Origin: Planctomycetota bacterium
GTDB taxonomy: Bacteria; Planctomycetota; JBDREB01
Assembly (NCBI GenBank): GCA_043820325.1
Contig: JBDREB010000019.1
Location: 1 to 49,961, forward strand
Direction: 5' to 3'
Length of the DNA stretch: 49,961 nt
Each line of letters opens with the position of its first letter. Positions within the stretch are counted from its first letter, which is position 1. Shown one piece after another: positions 1-9,968 of this stretch. The notes beneath the pieces were generated by a model, which worked only from the letters and a program-made list of their open reading frames with translations, made no database searches and was not told the DNA's origin. The position numbers and the translations under genes are program-made.

Positions 1-134
1 GGTAACCATGCTTCCTCGCAAGTCCTTGTAGCTGCGGGGCTTGACCCCGCCTCCGGATGGGCGACCGCAAGGGTCGCAGCTACGGGGAAAAGCGCGCACA
101 CAGTAGGATTGTGGACTTTTTGCGAGTCCGTCAA
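1..134. repeat. Copy A (cut by the window edge) of a 134-bp near-identical intergenic repeat; copy B is 1381..1514
   Basis: By eye 133/134 nt are identical to 1381..1514 (pos 10 is g vs a). Nested stems at 28..83: GTAGCTG/CAGCTAC encloses CGGGG-CTTGA-CCCCG and GCGACC-GCAAG-GGTCGC. Ends with the arm CTTTTTGCGAGTCCGTCAA (116..134). Confidence 0.85.
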
Positions 135-156
135 TGCTCAAGTAAGGACAAGAACT

Positions 157-169
157 GCCGCCCGGCGGC
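157..169 (-). terminator. Possible intrinsic terminator downstream of truA
   Basis: GC hairpin GCCGCC-G-GGCGGC. On the minus-strand RNA it is followed by a U-rich stretch (AGUUCUUGUCCUUACUU). The same hairpin recurs after asd (1540..1552). The stem is short, so this is a weak call. Confidence 0.3.
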
Positions 170-175
170 CACATT

Positions 176-239
176 CGACTTTTCGTCTATTGGACTTTTA
201 GACTTTTAGACCTTCCTGCTTTCCGACTTCCCGACTACT
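176..239. repeat. Array of about 8 tandem 8-mers (sGACTTTy on the + strand) running into the truA stop codon
   Basis: cgactttt cgtctatt ggactttt agactttt agaccttc ctgctttc cgacttcc cgactact in strict 8-nt register. Confidence 0.7.
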
Positions 240-996
240 CATACCACACCTCCCACAAGGTCAGGCCGCGGGCGGGGGCGGCGGCGCGCATGCGGCGGCG
301 GTCGCGGCCGGCCAGGATGGCGGCGACATCGGCGGGGGTGATGCTTCCGCCGCCGGCGTCGACCAGGGTGCCGGCAATGATGCGGACCATCCGGAAGAGG
401 AAGGAGCGGCCCCGCACGGCGATGACGACACCATCTTCCGCCGCGTCCACGGTGACGCTGAAGAGGGTGCAGACAGGGTCGCGGCCGGAATCGTTGGAGC
501 CGCTCATGGCGGTGAAATCATGGGTGCCGACGAGGTGGGCGGCGGCGGCCTGCATGACGGCGAGGTCGAGGCGGCGGGAGTTGTGCCAGGTGTAGCGGTC
601 TTTGAGGGGCTGGGAAGTGGGCGTGGTGAGGATGGTGTAGCGGTATTCCTTGCCCGCGGCGGAGAACCGGGCGCTGAAATCGGCCGGGACATCTTCCGCC
701 GCGTGAACCACGATGTCGGCGGGCAGGCGGGTGTTGAGCATGCGTTTGATGTTGTCGGCCGGGTGGGTCCAACGGGTGGTGAAATTGGCGCAGTACCGCC
801 GGGCGTGGACGCCGGCGTCGGTGCGGCTGCACCCGGTGACGGTGAGTTCGGGCTCGCCCAAGGCCTTCTGCGCGGCCGCGGCCAGGGTCCCCTGGACGGT
901 GGGGCGGTCGGGCTGGACCTGCCAGCCGTGGTAGGCGGTGCCGTCGAATTCCAAAGTCAGTTTGATGTTGCGGTCCGGGAGTTCAGGAGCGGTCAT
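235..996 (-). CDS. truA: tRNA pseudouridine(38-40) synthase TruA
   Basis: ORF 235..1065 trimmed to ATG 994..996 (MTAPELPDRNIKLTLEFDGTAYHGWQVQ). TruA signature with the catalytic Asp context GCSRTDAGVHA. Confidence 0.9.
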   Translation of the reverse strand: MTAPELPDRNIKLTLEFDGTAYHGWQVQPDRPTVQGTLAAAAQKALGEPELTVTGCSRTDAGVHARRYCANFTTRWTHPADNIKRMLNTRLPADIVVHAAEDVPADFSARFSAAGKEYRYTILTTPTSQPLKDRYTWHNSRRLDLAVMQAAAAHLVGTHDFTAMSGSNDSGRDPVCTLFSVTVDAAEDGVVIAVRGRSFLFRMVRIIAGTLVDAGGGSITPADVAAILAGRDRRRMRAAAPARGLTLWEVWYE

Positions 997-1135
997 GGGC
1001 GCACGAGAGGACAGGTTACGGGGAAATATCGAATATCGAACCCTTCGACTGCGCTCAGGGTCCATGACACCGCCCCGAGCCGCCGAGGGCGCCCGGGGTC
1101 CCGAGCGAAATATTTCCGTATGCCGACCGCCGTAG

Positions 1136-1209
1136 GGGCAGGTTTTAAACCTGCCCGCCTTGCACGGATCGCGGGCTGGAACGAAGACGGGCGGGTCGCA
1201 GACCCGCCC
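1136..1209. repeat. Two REP-like GC-rich palindromes
   Basis: GGGCAGGTTT-T-AAACCTGCCC (1136..1156, preceded by GTAG) and GGGCGGGTC-GCA-GACCCGCCC (1189..1209, followed by CTAC). Confidence 0.7.
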
Positions 1210-1318
1210 CTACAACGCGGGAGAGGAATAACCCGGATCCCCCTGGGAACGCCGGGGGCCACTTCGGCTCCGCCAATCGGGAGATACGAAGGCAAGTCAC
1301 AATGCTCAATGCTCAACA

Positions 1319-1514
1319 TTGACGGACTCGCAAAAAGGATCTTTGTCATGCTCCACAGGTCCCGGGACGGTCCTGCCGGTGGTAACCATACTTCCTCGCA
1401 AGTCCTTGTAGCTGCGGGGCTTGACCCCGCCTCCGGATGGGCGACCGCAAGGGTCGCAGCTACGGGGAAAAGCGCGCACACAGTAGGATTGTGGACTTTT
1501 TGCGAGTCCGTCAA
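1319..1514. repeat. 196-bp element bounded by a perfect 19-nt inverted repeat (MITE-like or long-stem element); its right part is copy B of the 134-bp repeat
   Basis: Left arm TTGACGGACTCGCAAAAAG (1319..1337) is the exact reverse complement of right arm CTTTTTGCGAGTCCGTCAA (1496..1514). A related arm pair occurs at 46146..46301. Confidence 0.8.
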
Positions 1515-1539
1515 CATTCAACTCTCAAGAATAAGAACA

Positions 1540-1552
1540 GCCGCCCGGCGGC
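1540..1552 (-). terminator. Possible intrinsic terminator downstream of asd
   Basis: Same GCCGCC-G-GGCGGC hairpin as 157..169. On the minus-strand RNA it is followed by UGUUCUUAUUCUU. Confidence 0.35.
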
Positions 1553-1558
1553 TTCAAT

Positions 1559-1606
1559 CGACTTTGCGTCTTTTCGACTTTGGGACTTTTCGACCCTCCG
1601 CCTTCT
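1559..1606. repeat. Array of about 6 tandem 8-mers (sGACTTTk) ending at the asd stop codon
   Basis: cgactttg cgtctttt cgactttg ggactttt cgaccctc cgccttct in 8-nt register. Same position relative to the stop codon and hairpin as the array at 176..239. Confidence 0.7.
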
Positions 1607-1608
1607 TT

Positions 1609-2604
1609 CTATACAAACAACTCCGCGATCTGTACCGCGTTAAGCGCCGCGCCCTTGAGGAGCTGGTCGCCGACCATCCAGAGGTCGAAGGTGTTGTCCT
1701 GGGACTGGTCCTTGCGCACGCGGCCGACCATGATATCGTACTTGCCGGAGGCGTCGATGGGCATGGGCCAGCGGTTCTTGGAGGGATCTTCGAGGACGGT
1801 GACGCCGGGGGCCTTGCGCAGGAGCGCGTAGATGCCCTCGACGGTGGCCGGCTTCTTGAACTGGACATTGACGGCCTCGGAATGGGCCCGCAGGACAGGG
1901 ACGCGCACGCACGCGGCGTTGATGCGGAGCGTGGGATCGCCGTAGATCTTACGGGTCTCCTTGAGCATCTTGGTCTCTTCTTCGCAGTACCCGTCGGAAC
2001 CGAAGGCGGAATTGTGCGGAAAGAGGTTGAAGGCGTACTGGAACGGGATCACGGTGCGGATGTAGGGCTTGCCCGCCAGAATGGCCGCGGACTCCTCCTT
2101 GAGTTCCTCCATGGCCTTGGCCCCGGCGCCCGAGGCGGCCTGGTAGGTGCTGATGTGCATGCGCGCGACGCCGAAGGCCTGGTAGAGGGGGTACATGGGC
2201 ACGGCCATGATGATGGTGGAGCAGTTGGGGTTGGCGATGGTGCCCTTGTGCTTCCTGGCGTCCTGGGGGTTGACCTCGGGGATCACCAGCGGGGTCCCCT
2301 CTTCCATGCGGAAGGCGGAGGAGTTGTCGATCATGAGGGCCTTGGAGGCCACGACCGCGTCGCGGAATTCACGGCTGCGGCCGGCGCTGGCGCTGAAGAG
2401 GGCGAAGTCGACGCCCTTGAAGGAGTCCTTGGTGAGGGTGTCGACCGTGTATTCCTTCCCCTTGAAGGTGATTTTCTTGCCCTTGGACCGCTCGGAGGCC
2501 AGGAGGGTGAGCTTGGAGATGGGGAACTTGCGGTCGGCCAGGACGTTCAGAAATTCCTGTCCCACCGCGCCGGTGACGCCGGCAATGGCCACATGAAACC
2601 CCAT
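1609..2604 (-). CDS. asd: Aspartate-semialdehyde dehydrogenase (short type)
   Basis: N-terminal VAIAGVTGAVGQEF dinucleotide-binding motif, active-site NPNCSTI, C-terminal AHSEAVNV His context, 331 aa. It sits directly upstream of truA, as the asd paralogue usg does in E. coli, so a usg-like role cannot be excluded. Confidence 0.85.
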   Translation of the reverse strand: MGFHVAIAGVTGAVGQEFLNVLADRKFPISKLTLLASERSKGKKITFKGKEYTVDTLTKDSFKGVDFALFSASAGRSREFRDAVVASKALMIDNSSAFRMEEGTPLVIPEVNPQDARKHKGTIANPNCSTIIMAVPMYPLYQAFGVARMHISTYQAASGAGAKAMEELKEESAAILAGKPYIRTVIPFQYAFNLFPHNSAFGSDGYCEEETKMLKETRKIYGDPTLRINAACVRVPVLRAHSEAVNVQFKKPATVEGIYALLRKAPGVTVLEDPSKNRWPMPIDASGKYDIMVGRVRKDQSQDNTFDLWMVGDQLLKGAALNAVQIAELFV

Positions 2605-2647
2605 ATGCAGACCTTTCTATGCAACGGGGGCCCGCCGGGGCCCGGTA

Positions 2648-2983
2648 TTATTTCTTCTCGGCCGGGGCGCTTTGGGCCGCCGGTGCCGCCTTGTCCGCCG
2701 CCGGTGCCGCCTTGTCCGCCGCCGGCACCGCCTTGTCCGCGGCCGGCGCGGGCGGGGAGGCGGCATCCTTCTCCCGCTTGGCGCCCTTTTTGTAGGAATC
2801 GGAACGGTAATCGGTCTGGTAAAAACCGCTGCCCTTGAAGATCACGCCGACACCGCCGCTGATAAGGCGCTCCAGCTTGTGCTTGCCGCAGGCGGGACAG
2901 ACGCGCAGGGCCTTGTCCATGATGGACTGGTAGGCATCGAGTTCGTGCCGGCAGGCTTTACAGCGGTATTCATAGGTCGGCAT
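2648..2983 (-). CDS. FmdB-family zinc-ribbon protein with an Ala/Pro/Lys repeat tail
   Basis: MPTYEYRCKACRHE...RVCPACG gives two CxxC pairs typical of the FmdB/CxxC_CxxC_SSSS family. The C-terminus carries ADKA(A/V)PA x3. Confidence 0.8.
   Translation of the reverse strand: MPTYEYRCKACRHELDAYQSIMDKALRVCPACGKHKLERLISGGVGVIFKGSGFYQTDYRSDSYKKGAKREKDAASPPAPAADKAVPAADKAAPAADKAAPAAQSAPAEKK
2676..2738. repeat. 21-bp tandem repeat x3 inside the FmdB-like gene
   Basis: gccgccgg(t/c)(g/a)ccgccttgtcc repeated three times in frame (ADKAxPA). Confidence 0.85.
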
Positions 2984-2998
2984 GGTTCATCCTCGCTG

Positions 2999-3595
2999 TC
3001 ACTGGGGATCGGCGGCCGGAGTTGCTTCGGGTACGGCATCCGCGGCGGGGGCCGGACGACGCGCCACGATCACTTTGGCCGGTATGATAACGGTGTCACG
3101 GAACGCGTAGCCGGTCTCCACCACCTCGATGACGGTCCGCTCGGCCACATCCGGGTTGGCCACGGTCATGACCGCCTCCTGGCGTTCGGGATCGAATGGC
3201 CGGCCGGCGCCCTCGATGGGCTGGACCTGGTGGGATTCAAGGATACCCTGGACCTGGGCCTGGATCGCCGCCCATCCGGCCGGATCGCCGGCGCCGCCGG
3301 CCGCGATGGCCCGCGCGATGCTGGACCGGACGGCCAGGAGGTCCTTCAGGGAGCGCTTGACCGTGCCGAGCTCCCAGAGGTCCCGGTCGCGCGCCGCCCG
3401 CTTTTTGTAATTGTCGAATTCAGCCGCCATGCGCAGGAACCGGTCCTTGTAGTCGCCGCATTCGCATGCCAGGGCCTCGTACATTTCACGGGTGACGGCC
3501 GGCGGGGCTTCAGGAGCAGGGGCCACAGGCGCCGGGCCGGCGGCGGCAGGCACCGCCGCCTCACGGTCCTTCGGTTTCTTCTTCTTATCGTTCAC
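2999..3595 (-). CDS. grpE: Nucleotide exchange factor GrpE
   Basis: GTG start at 3593..3595 with AAGGA about 10 nt upstream. EFDNYKKR motif and a C-terminal beta-domain (VIEVVETGYAFRDTVIIPAKV). Confidence 0.9.
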   Translation of the reverse strand: MNDKKKKPKDREAAVPAAAGPAPVAPAPEAPPAVTREMYEALACECGDYKDRFLRMAAEFDNYKKRAARDRDLWELGTVKRSLKDLLAVRSSIARAIAAGGAGDPAGWAAIQAQVQGILESHQVQPIEGAGRPFDPERQEAVMTVANPDVAERTVIEVVETGYAFRDTVIIPAKVIVARRPAPAADAVPEATPAADPQ

Positions 3596-3702
3596 GGAGC
3601 ATCATTCCTTAACGCGGCCGCGGCCCGCGGCCGCAAACCAAGAACGGTCCTCGGCTTACGGAAACGATAGGCGAAACGGTCGACGGCATGCGGTGTACGG
3701 CT

Positions 3703-3716
3703 TTGATCCGGATCAA
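3703..3716. promoter_or_regulatory. Perfect 14-bp palindrome TTGATCCGGATCAA upstream of grpE
   Basis: Read directly from the sequence. Lies about 110 nt upstream of the grpE start. Function unknown. Confidence 0.4.
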
Positions 3717-3723
3717 GAGTATC

Positions 3724-3851
3724 TGCCACGAAGTCACTAAGGCACAAAGGGTGGAGGGTTCCGATCCAAACCCAATCACCGGTCTTACCTTTGTGACTTC
3801 GTGACTTTGTGGCAAAATATCTTTTCTCCAATTGCGTGACTTTGTGGCAAA
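3724..3851. promoter_or_regulatory. 27-nt imperfect inverted repeat plus direct repeat GTGACTTTGTGGCAAA in the dnaJ-grpE spacer
   Basis: Arm 3724..3750 (TGCCACGAAGTCACTAAGGCACAAAGG) pairs with arm 3788..3814 (CCTTTGTGACTTCGTGACTTTGTGGCA), 23/27 complementary, with a 37-nt loop. GTGACTTTGTGGCAAA occurs at 3801..3816 and 3836..3851. Internal 8-nt periodicity GTGACTTC/GTGACTTT/GTGGCAAA. Confidence 0.5.
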
Positions 3852-3917
3852 TATCCGAGATATCAGCCAATGGCCGGTGTATCTGCAAAAACATGGTCGA
3901 AATCTCCGGAGAAATAC

Positions 3918-5078
3918 TTAGTCGCCTTCGGTAAAATATTCCCGGACCTTGTCAAGGAAGGAACGGCGGTCGGTCCCGGCCTCGGGCGTCTCATCGAAGG
4001 TGGCGAACTCCTCCAGGAGCTCCCGCTGCCGGCGATTGAGCTTGCGCGGCACCTCGACATTCAACCGCACTAACTGGTCCCCGCGGCCGCGATCATGGAG
4101 GTCGCGGACGCCCAGCTTCTCCATCCGGAACACCCGGCCCGGCTGGGTCCCCGCCGGGATCTTGAGGCGGTGGCGGCCGTGGAGCGTGGGCACTTCCACC
4201 GTGCCGCCGAGGGCGGCCTGGGTGAAGGAGATGGGCACATCGCAGATGATATCGTTGCCCACCCGTTTGAAGAATGGGTGCTCTTTCACGAACACATAGC
4301 AATAGAGATCGCCGCGCGGGCCGCCGTTTGGGCCGACCTCCCCTTCGCCGCTGACGCGCAGGCGGGTGCTGTCTTCAATGCCCTCCGGGATGTCGACCTT
4401 GAGGGTGACCGCCTTCGCCTCCCGTCCCGAGCCGTCGCAGGACCGGCAGGGATCGGAGACCATGTGCCCCTGGCCGCCGCAGCGGGGACAGGGGGTGGTC
4501 ATGCTGAAGAACCCCTGGGTCTGCCGGATCATGCCCGCGCCCTGGCAGTAGGGGCAGGTGACCGGCTGGGCGCCGTCCCGGGCCCCGCGGCCGTGGCAGA
4601 CCGTGCATTCCTCGGCCCGCCTGAGCTTGATGGTCTTCTGGACGCCGAAGGCGGCCTCCTCGAACGACAGGGCGATCTCACACTTGAGGTTGGACCCGCG
4701 GCCGGCCGGCTGGCGGCCGCCGCCGAACCCCTCGAAAAAACTGCCGAAGGATGCATCGCCGAAGATGTCGCCGAAGGCGGAAAAAATATCCTCGTTGGAA
4801 TGGAAGGAATGCCGGCCAGCCATGCCGCCCTCGAAGGCGTTGTGCCCATACTGGTCGTAAAGCTTGCGCTTCTCCGCGTCGCCCACCGCATCGTAGGCCT
4901 CGGCCGCCTCCTTGAAGCGGTTCTCGGCCTCCTTGTCGCCCGGATTGCGGTCCGGATGGAATTTCATGGCCTTGCGCTTGTAGGCCTTTTTGATCTCCTC
5001 GGCGGAGGCGTCACACGCGACATCGAGGACCTCGTAAAAATCCTTTTTCTCGCTCACCGGCCTTCCTTGCCCCATCAT
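3918..5078 (-). CDS. dnaJ: Co-chaperone DnaJ
   Basis: J-domain HPD motif (KFHPDRNPGD), Gly/Phe-rich linker, and four CxxCxGxG repeats (CTVCHGRG, CPYCQGAG, CPRCGGQG, CRSCDGSG). Confidence 0.95.
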   Translation of the reverse strand: MMGQGRPVSEKKDFYEVLDVACDASAEEIKKAYKRKAMKFHPDRNPGDKEAENRFKEAAEAYDAVGDAEKRKLYDQYGHNAFEGGMAGRHSFHSNEDIFSAFGDIFGDASFGSFFEGFGGGRQPAGRGSNLKCEIALSFEEAAFGVQKTIKLRRAEECTVCHGRGARDGAQPVTCPYCQGAGMIRQTQGFFSMTTPCPRCGGQGHMVSDPCRSCDGSGREAKAVTLKVDIPEGIEDSTRLRVSGEGEVGPNGGPRGDLYCYVFVKEHPFFKRVGNDIICDVPISFTQAALGGTVEVPTLHGRHRLKIPAGTQPGRVFRMEKLGVRDLHDRGRGDQLVRLNVEVPRKLNRRQRELLEEFATFDETPEAGTDRRSFLDKVREYFTEGD

Positions 5079-5116
5079 GCGTACCCGCCAGCACCGGCGC
5101 GGCGCGGACGGGAAAG

Positions 5117-5150
5117 AAAATGCCCCTCAGCCGCGGCCGAGGGGCATTTT
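5117..5150 (-). terminator. Intrinsic terminator-like hairpin after groEL (copy 1)
   Basis: AAAATGCCCCTC-(loop)-GAGGGGCATTTT with a stem of about 10 bp. The minus-strand RNA continues UUUUCUUUCC. Confidence 0.6.
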
Positions 5151-5177
5151 ATGCTGGTATCGGTCGAATGGCGGCCG

Positions 5178-6797
<1,620 letters not shown>

Positions 6798-6817
6798 TGC
6801 CATATCCTCCTATCGTT

Positions 6818-7108
6818 TCACTTGATGATCTTGGCCAGAACTTCACTCTCGCGCATGATGACGAACTCATCCTTGCCGAGCTTCACATCCGCGCCTGAAT
6901 ACTTGCCGAACAGGATGCGGTCCCCCTTCTTGAGGGCCATCGCGCTACGCGAGCCGTTGTCCAGGACCTTGCCTTCACCGACCGCGATCACTTCGCCCTC
7001 CTGCGGCTTTTCCTTGGCCGTGTCGGGCAGGATGATGCCGCCCTGACTGCGCTCCTCGGACTCCACGCGCTTCACGACGATCCGGTCATCCAGTGGTTTA
7101 ATTCCCAT
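6818..7108 (-). CDS. groES: Co-chaperonin GroES (copy 1)
   Basis: Cpn10 family (IKPLDDRIVVKR...GGIILP). Start moved to ATG 7106..7108, 6 nt after AAGGAG. Only about 26-32 nt separate it from the upstream groEL stop. Confidence 0.93.
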   Translation of the reverse strand: MGIKPLDDRIVVKRVESEERSQGGIILPDTAKEKPQEGEVIAVGEGKVLDNGSRSAMALKKGDRILFGKYSGADVKLGKDEFVIMRESEVLAKIIK

Positions 7109-7140
7109 GGTCATCTCCTTTATTCCGTTCTACCGTGTCA

Positions 7141-8787
<1,647 letters not shown>

Positions 8788-8814
8788 TATCGGGTCTCCT
8801 TCTGATCCAGATGG

Positions 8815-9102
8815 TTAATCGATGACCGCGAGGATGTCTTCTTCGGGCATGACGATATAGTCTTCACCGTCGACCTTGATCTCGGTGCCCGCGTAGGATG
8901 TGAAGAGCACCTTGTCGCCCTTTTTCACGGTCAACGGGATCACCTTGCCCTCATCGGTCTGATGCCCGGTCCCCACGGCAATGACCTTCCCTTCCTGCGG
9001 CTTTTCCTTGGCCGTTTCAGGCAGGACGATCCCGCCGCTCGTGATCTCATTCGCCTTCAGGCGCTTGATCACGATCTTGTCCGCCAGGGGCTCGATCTTC
9101 AT
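8815..9102 (-). CDS. groES: Co-chaperonin GroES (copy 2)
   Basis: Cpn10 family (MKIEPLADKIVIKRL...GGIVLP). AAGGAG lies 7 nt upstream of the ATG. Confidence 0.93.
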   Translation of the reverse strand: MKIEPLADKIVIKRLKANEITSGGIVLPETAKEKPQEGKVIAVGTGHQTDEGKVIPLTVKKGDKVLFTSYAGTEIKVDGEDYIVMPEEDILAVID

Positions 9103-9300
9103 ATCACTTCTCCTTAACTTACAACCGTTCCATTAACCGCACGATCCGGGCCATCGACAACTGGACATTGTTGAGCATGACTTAACAATGCAACAAGCAT
9201 GCCATCTTTCTATTATTTACATCGCGTTCATATTGCGTTATTTATGACTGCCATCCGAACTGAAACGCAAAGCCATGTTCAATATGGCGTGTCAAATTGA
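9103..9300 (-). promoter_or_regulatory. AT-rich island upstream of the groES2-groEL2-groES1-groEL1 unit, with a 25-bp near-palindrome
   Basis: Conspicuously AT-rich compared with its surroundings. CATTGTTGAG-CATGA-CTTAACAATG sits at 9166..9190 (10-nt arms, 1 mismatch). I found no CIRCE (TTAGCACTC-N9-GAGTGCTAA) here. Confidence 0.4.
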
Positions 9301-9424
9301 CAGTAAAGGCCTTCCTTTCCGGATGCGGCCCGCGATCAAGGGAAAGAACAACGCGGGGTTCTTCAACCATTCTATGGTCCCCGGTGCGCCGGAAACCGCT
9401 CCGCGGTAGCCGGGAACGCGTTTG

Positions 9425-9457
9425 CGAAAACCGCGCCCCCCCCCCGCACGGCGCGCA
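9425..9457 (-). terminator. Possible terminator after rplQ
   Basis: Minus-strand RNA has CGCGCC-(G-rich loop of about 11 nt)-GGCGCG followed by GUUUUCG. It includes a homopolymer C/G run of about 9-10 nt. Confidence 0.4.
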
Positions 9458-9461
9458 GATG

Positions 9462-9965
9462 TCAGGCCGCCGGCGCGTCGCCGGACGGGGCGCTCTCCGG
9501 GGCGGGTGCGGCCGCCGCCTTCGCGCCCGCTTTCTTGTTCCCCTTGTCGCTCTTTTTCTTGGTGAAATGGAAGCGCAGGGTGCTCTTCTTTTTGGTCTTC
9601 TCGGGGACTTCGTAGGCCAGAAGCATCAGCACGGTCTCCGTGTTGTCGCCCAGGACGCGGCCGAAGGGCACGATGCGGGTGTACCCGCCGCTATCCTTCT
9701 TGAACCGGCCCGCCACCTCGTTGAAAAGGTGCTTGACGGCCGCTTTGTCATGGAGGAGCTGGAATACCCGGCGCCGCGTGGCGGTGTCCTTGCCGTGGAT
9801 CGCGAGATGGACCGTGCGCTCGGCCAGCCGCCGGGCCGCCTTGGCCTTGGGCTTGCTGGTGCGGACCTTGCCGTGCATGATCAGACTGCTGACGAGGTTC
9901 CGCAGCATGGCGTCGCGGTGGGCGCTCGTGCGGCTCAGTTTGGTAGTCTTGTTCCCGTGACGCAT
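9462..9965 (-). CDS. rplQ: 50S ribosomal protein L17
   Basis: MRHGNKTTKLSRTSAHRDAMLRNL, plus a Lys/Ala-rich C-terminal tail of about 40 aa. Last gene of the alpha operon. Confidence 0.95.
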   Translation of the reverse strand: MRHGNKTTKLSRTSAHRDAMLRNLVSSLIMHGKVRTSKPKAKAARRLAERTVHLAIHGKDTATRRRVFQLLHDKAAVKHLFNEVAGRFKKDSGGYTRIVPFGRVLGDNTETVLMLLAYEVPEKTKKKSTLRFHFTKKKSDKGNKKAGAKAAAAPAPESAPSGDAPAA

Positions 9966-9968
9966 GGC

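Noticed and set aside
1353-1380. SRP-RNA-like stretch CAGGTCCCGGGACGGTCCTG.
   Set aside because: It lacks the conserved domain IV loops (GGAA/AGCA context) and the surrounding helices. It is most simply a local GC hairpin.
1301-1520. Integron attC-like site, given a conserved inverted-repeat stem with a variable interior, and GCTCAAC fitting RYYYAAC at the left flank.
   Set aside because: No matching GTTRRRY core lies at the right flank of any copy. There is no intI or Pc context. The elements sit between housekeeping genes.
3596-3917. CIRCE (HrcA) or HAIR (HspR) operators in the heat-shock intergenic regions; also checked 5079..5177 and 9103..9300.
   Set aside because: Reading these spacers by eye, I found neither TTAGCACTC-N9-GAGTGCTAA nor CTTGAGT-N7-ACTCAAG. 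CTTGATCCGGATCAAG shares only the outer CTTGA/TCAAG with HAIR, and its spacing is wrong.
9431-9482. An apparent 1-nt inconsistency, around the C homopolymer near the rplQ stop, between my hand count and the ORF-track frame.
   Set aside because: This is most likely my own counting error in a homopolymer. I kept the ORF-track coordinates and flag hand-derived coordinates as accurate to +/-1-2 nt.
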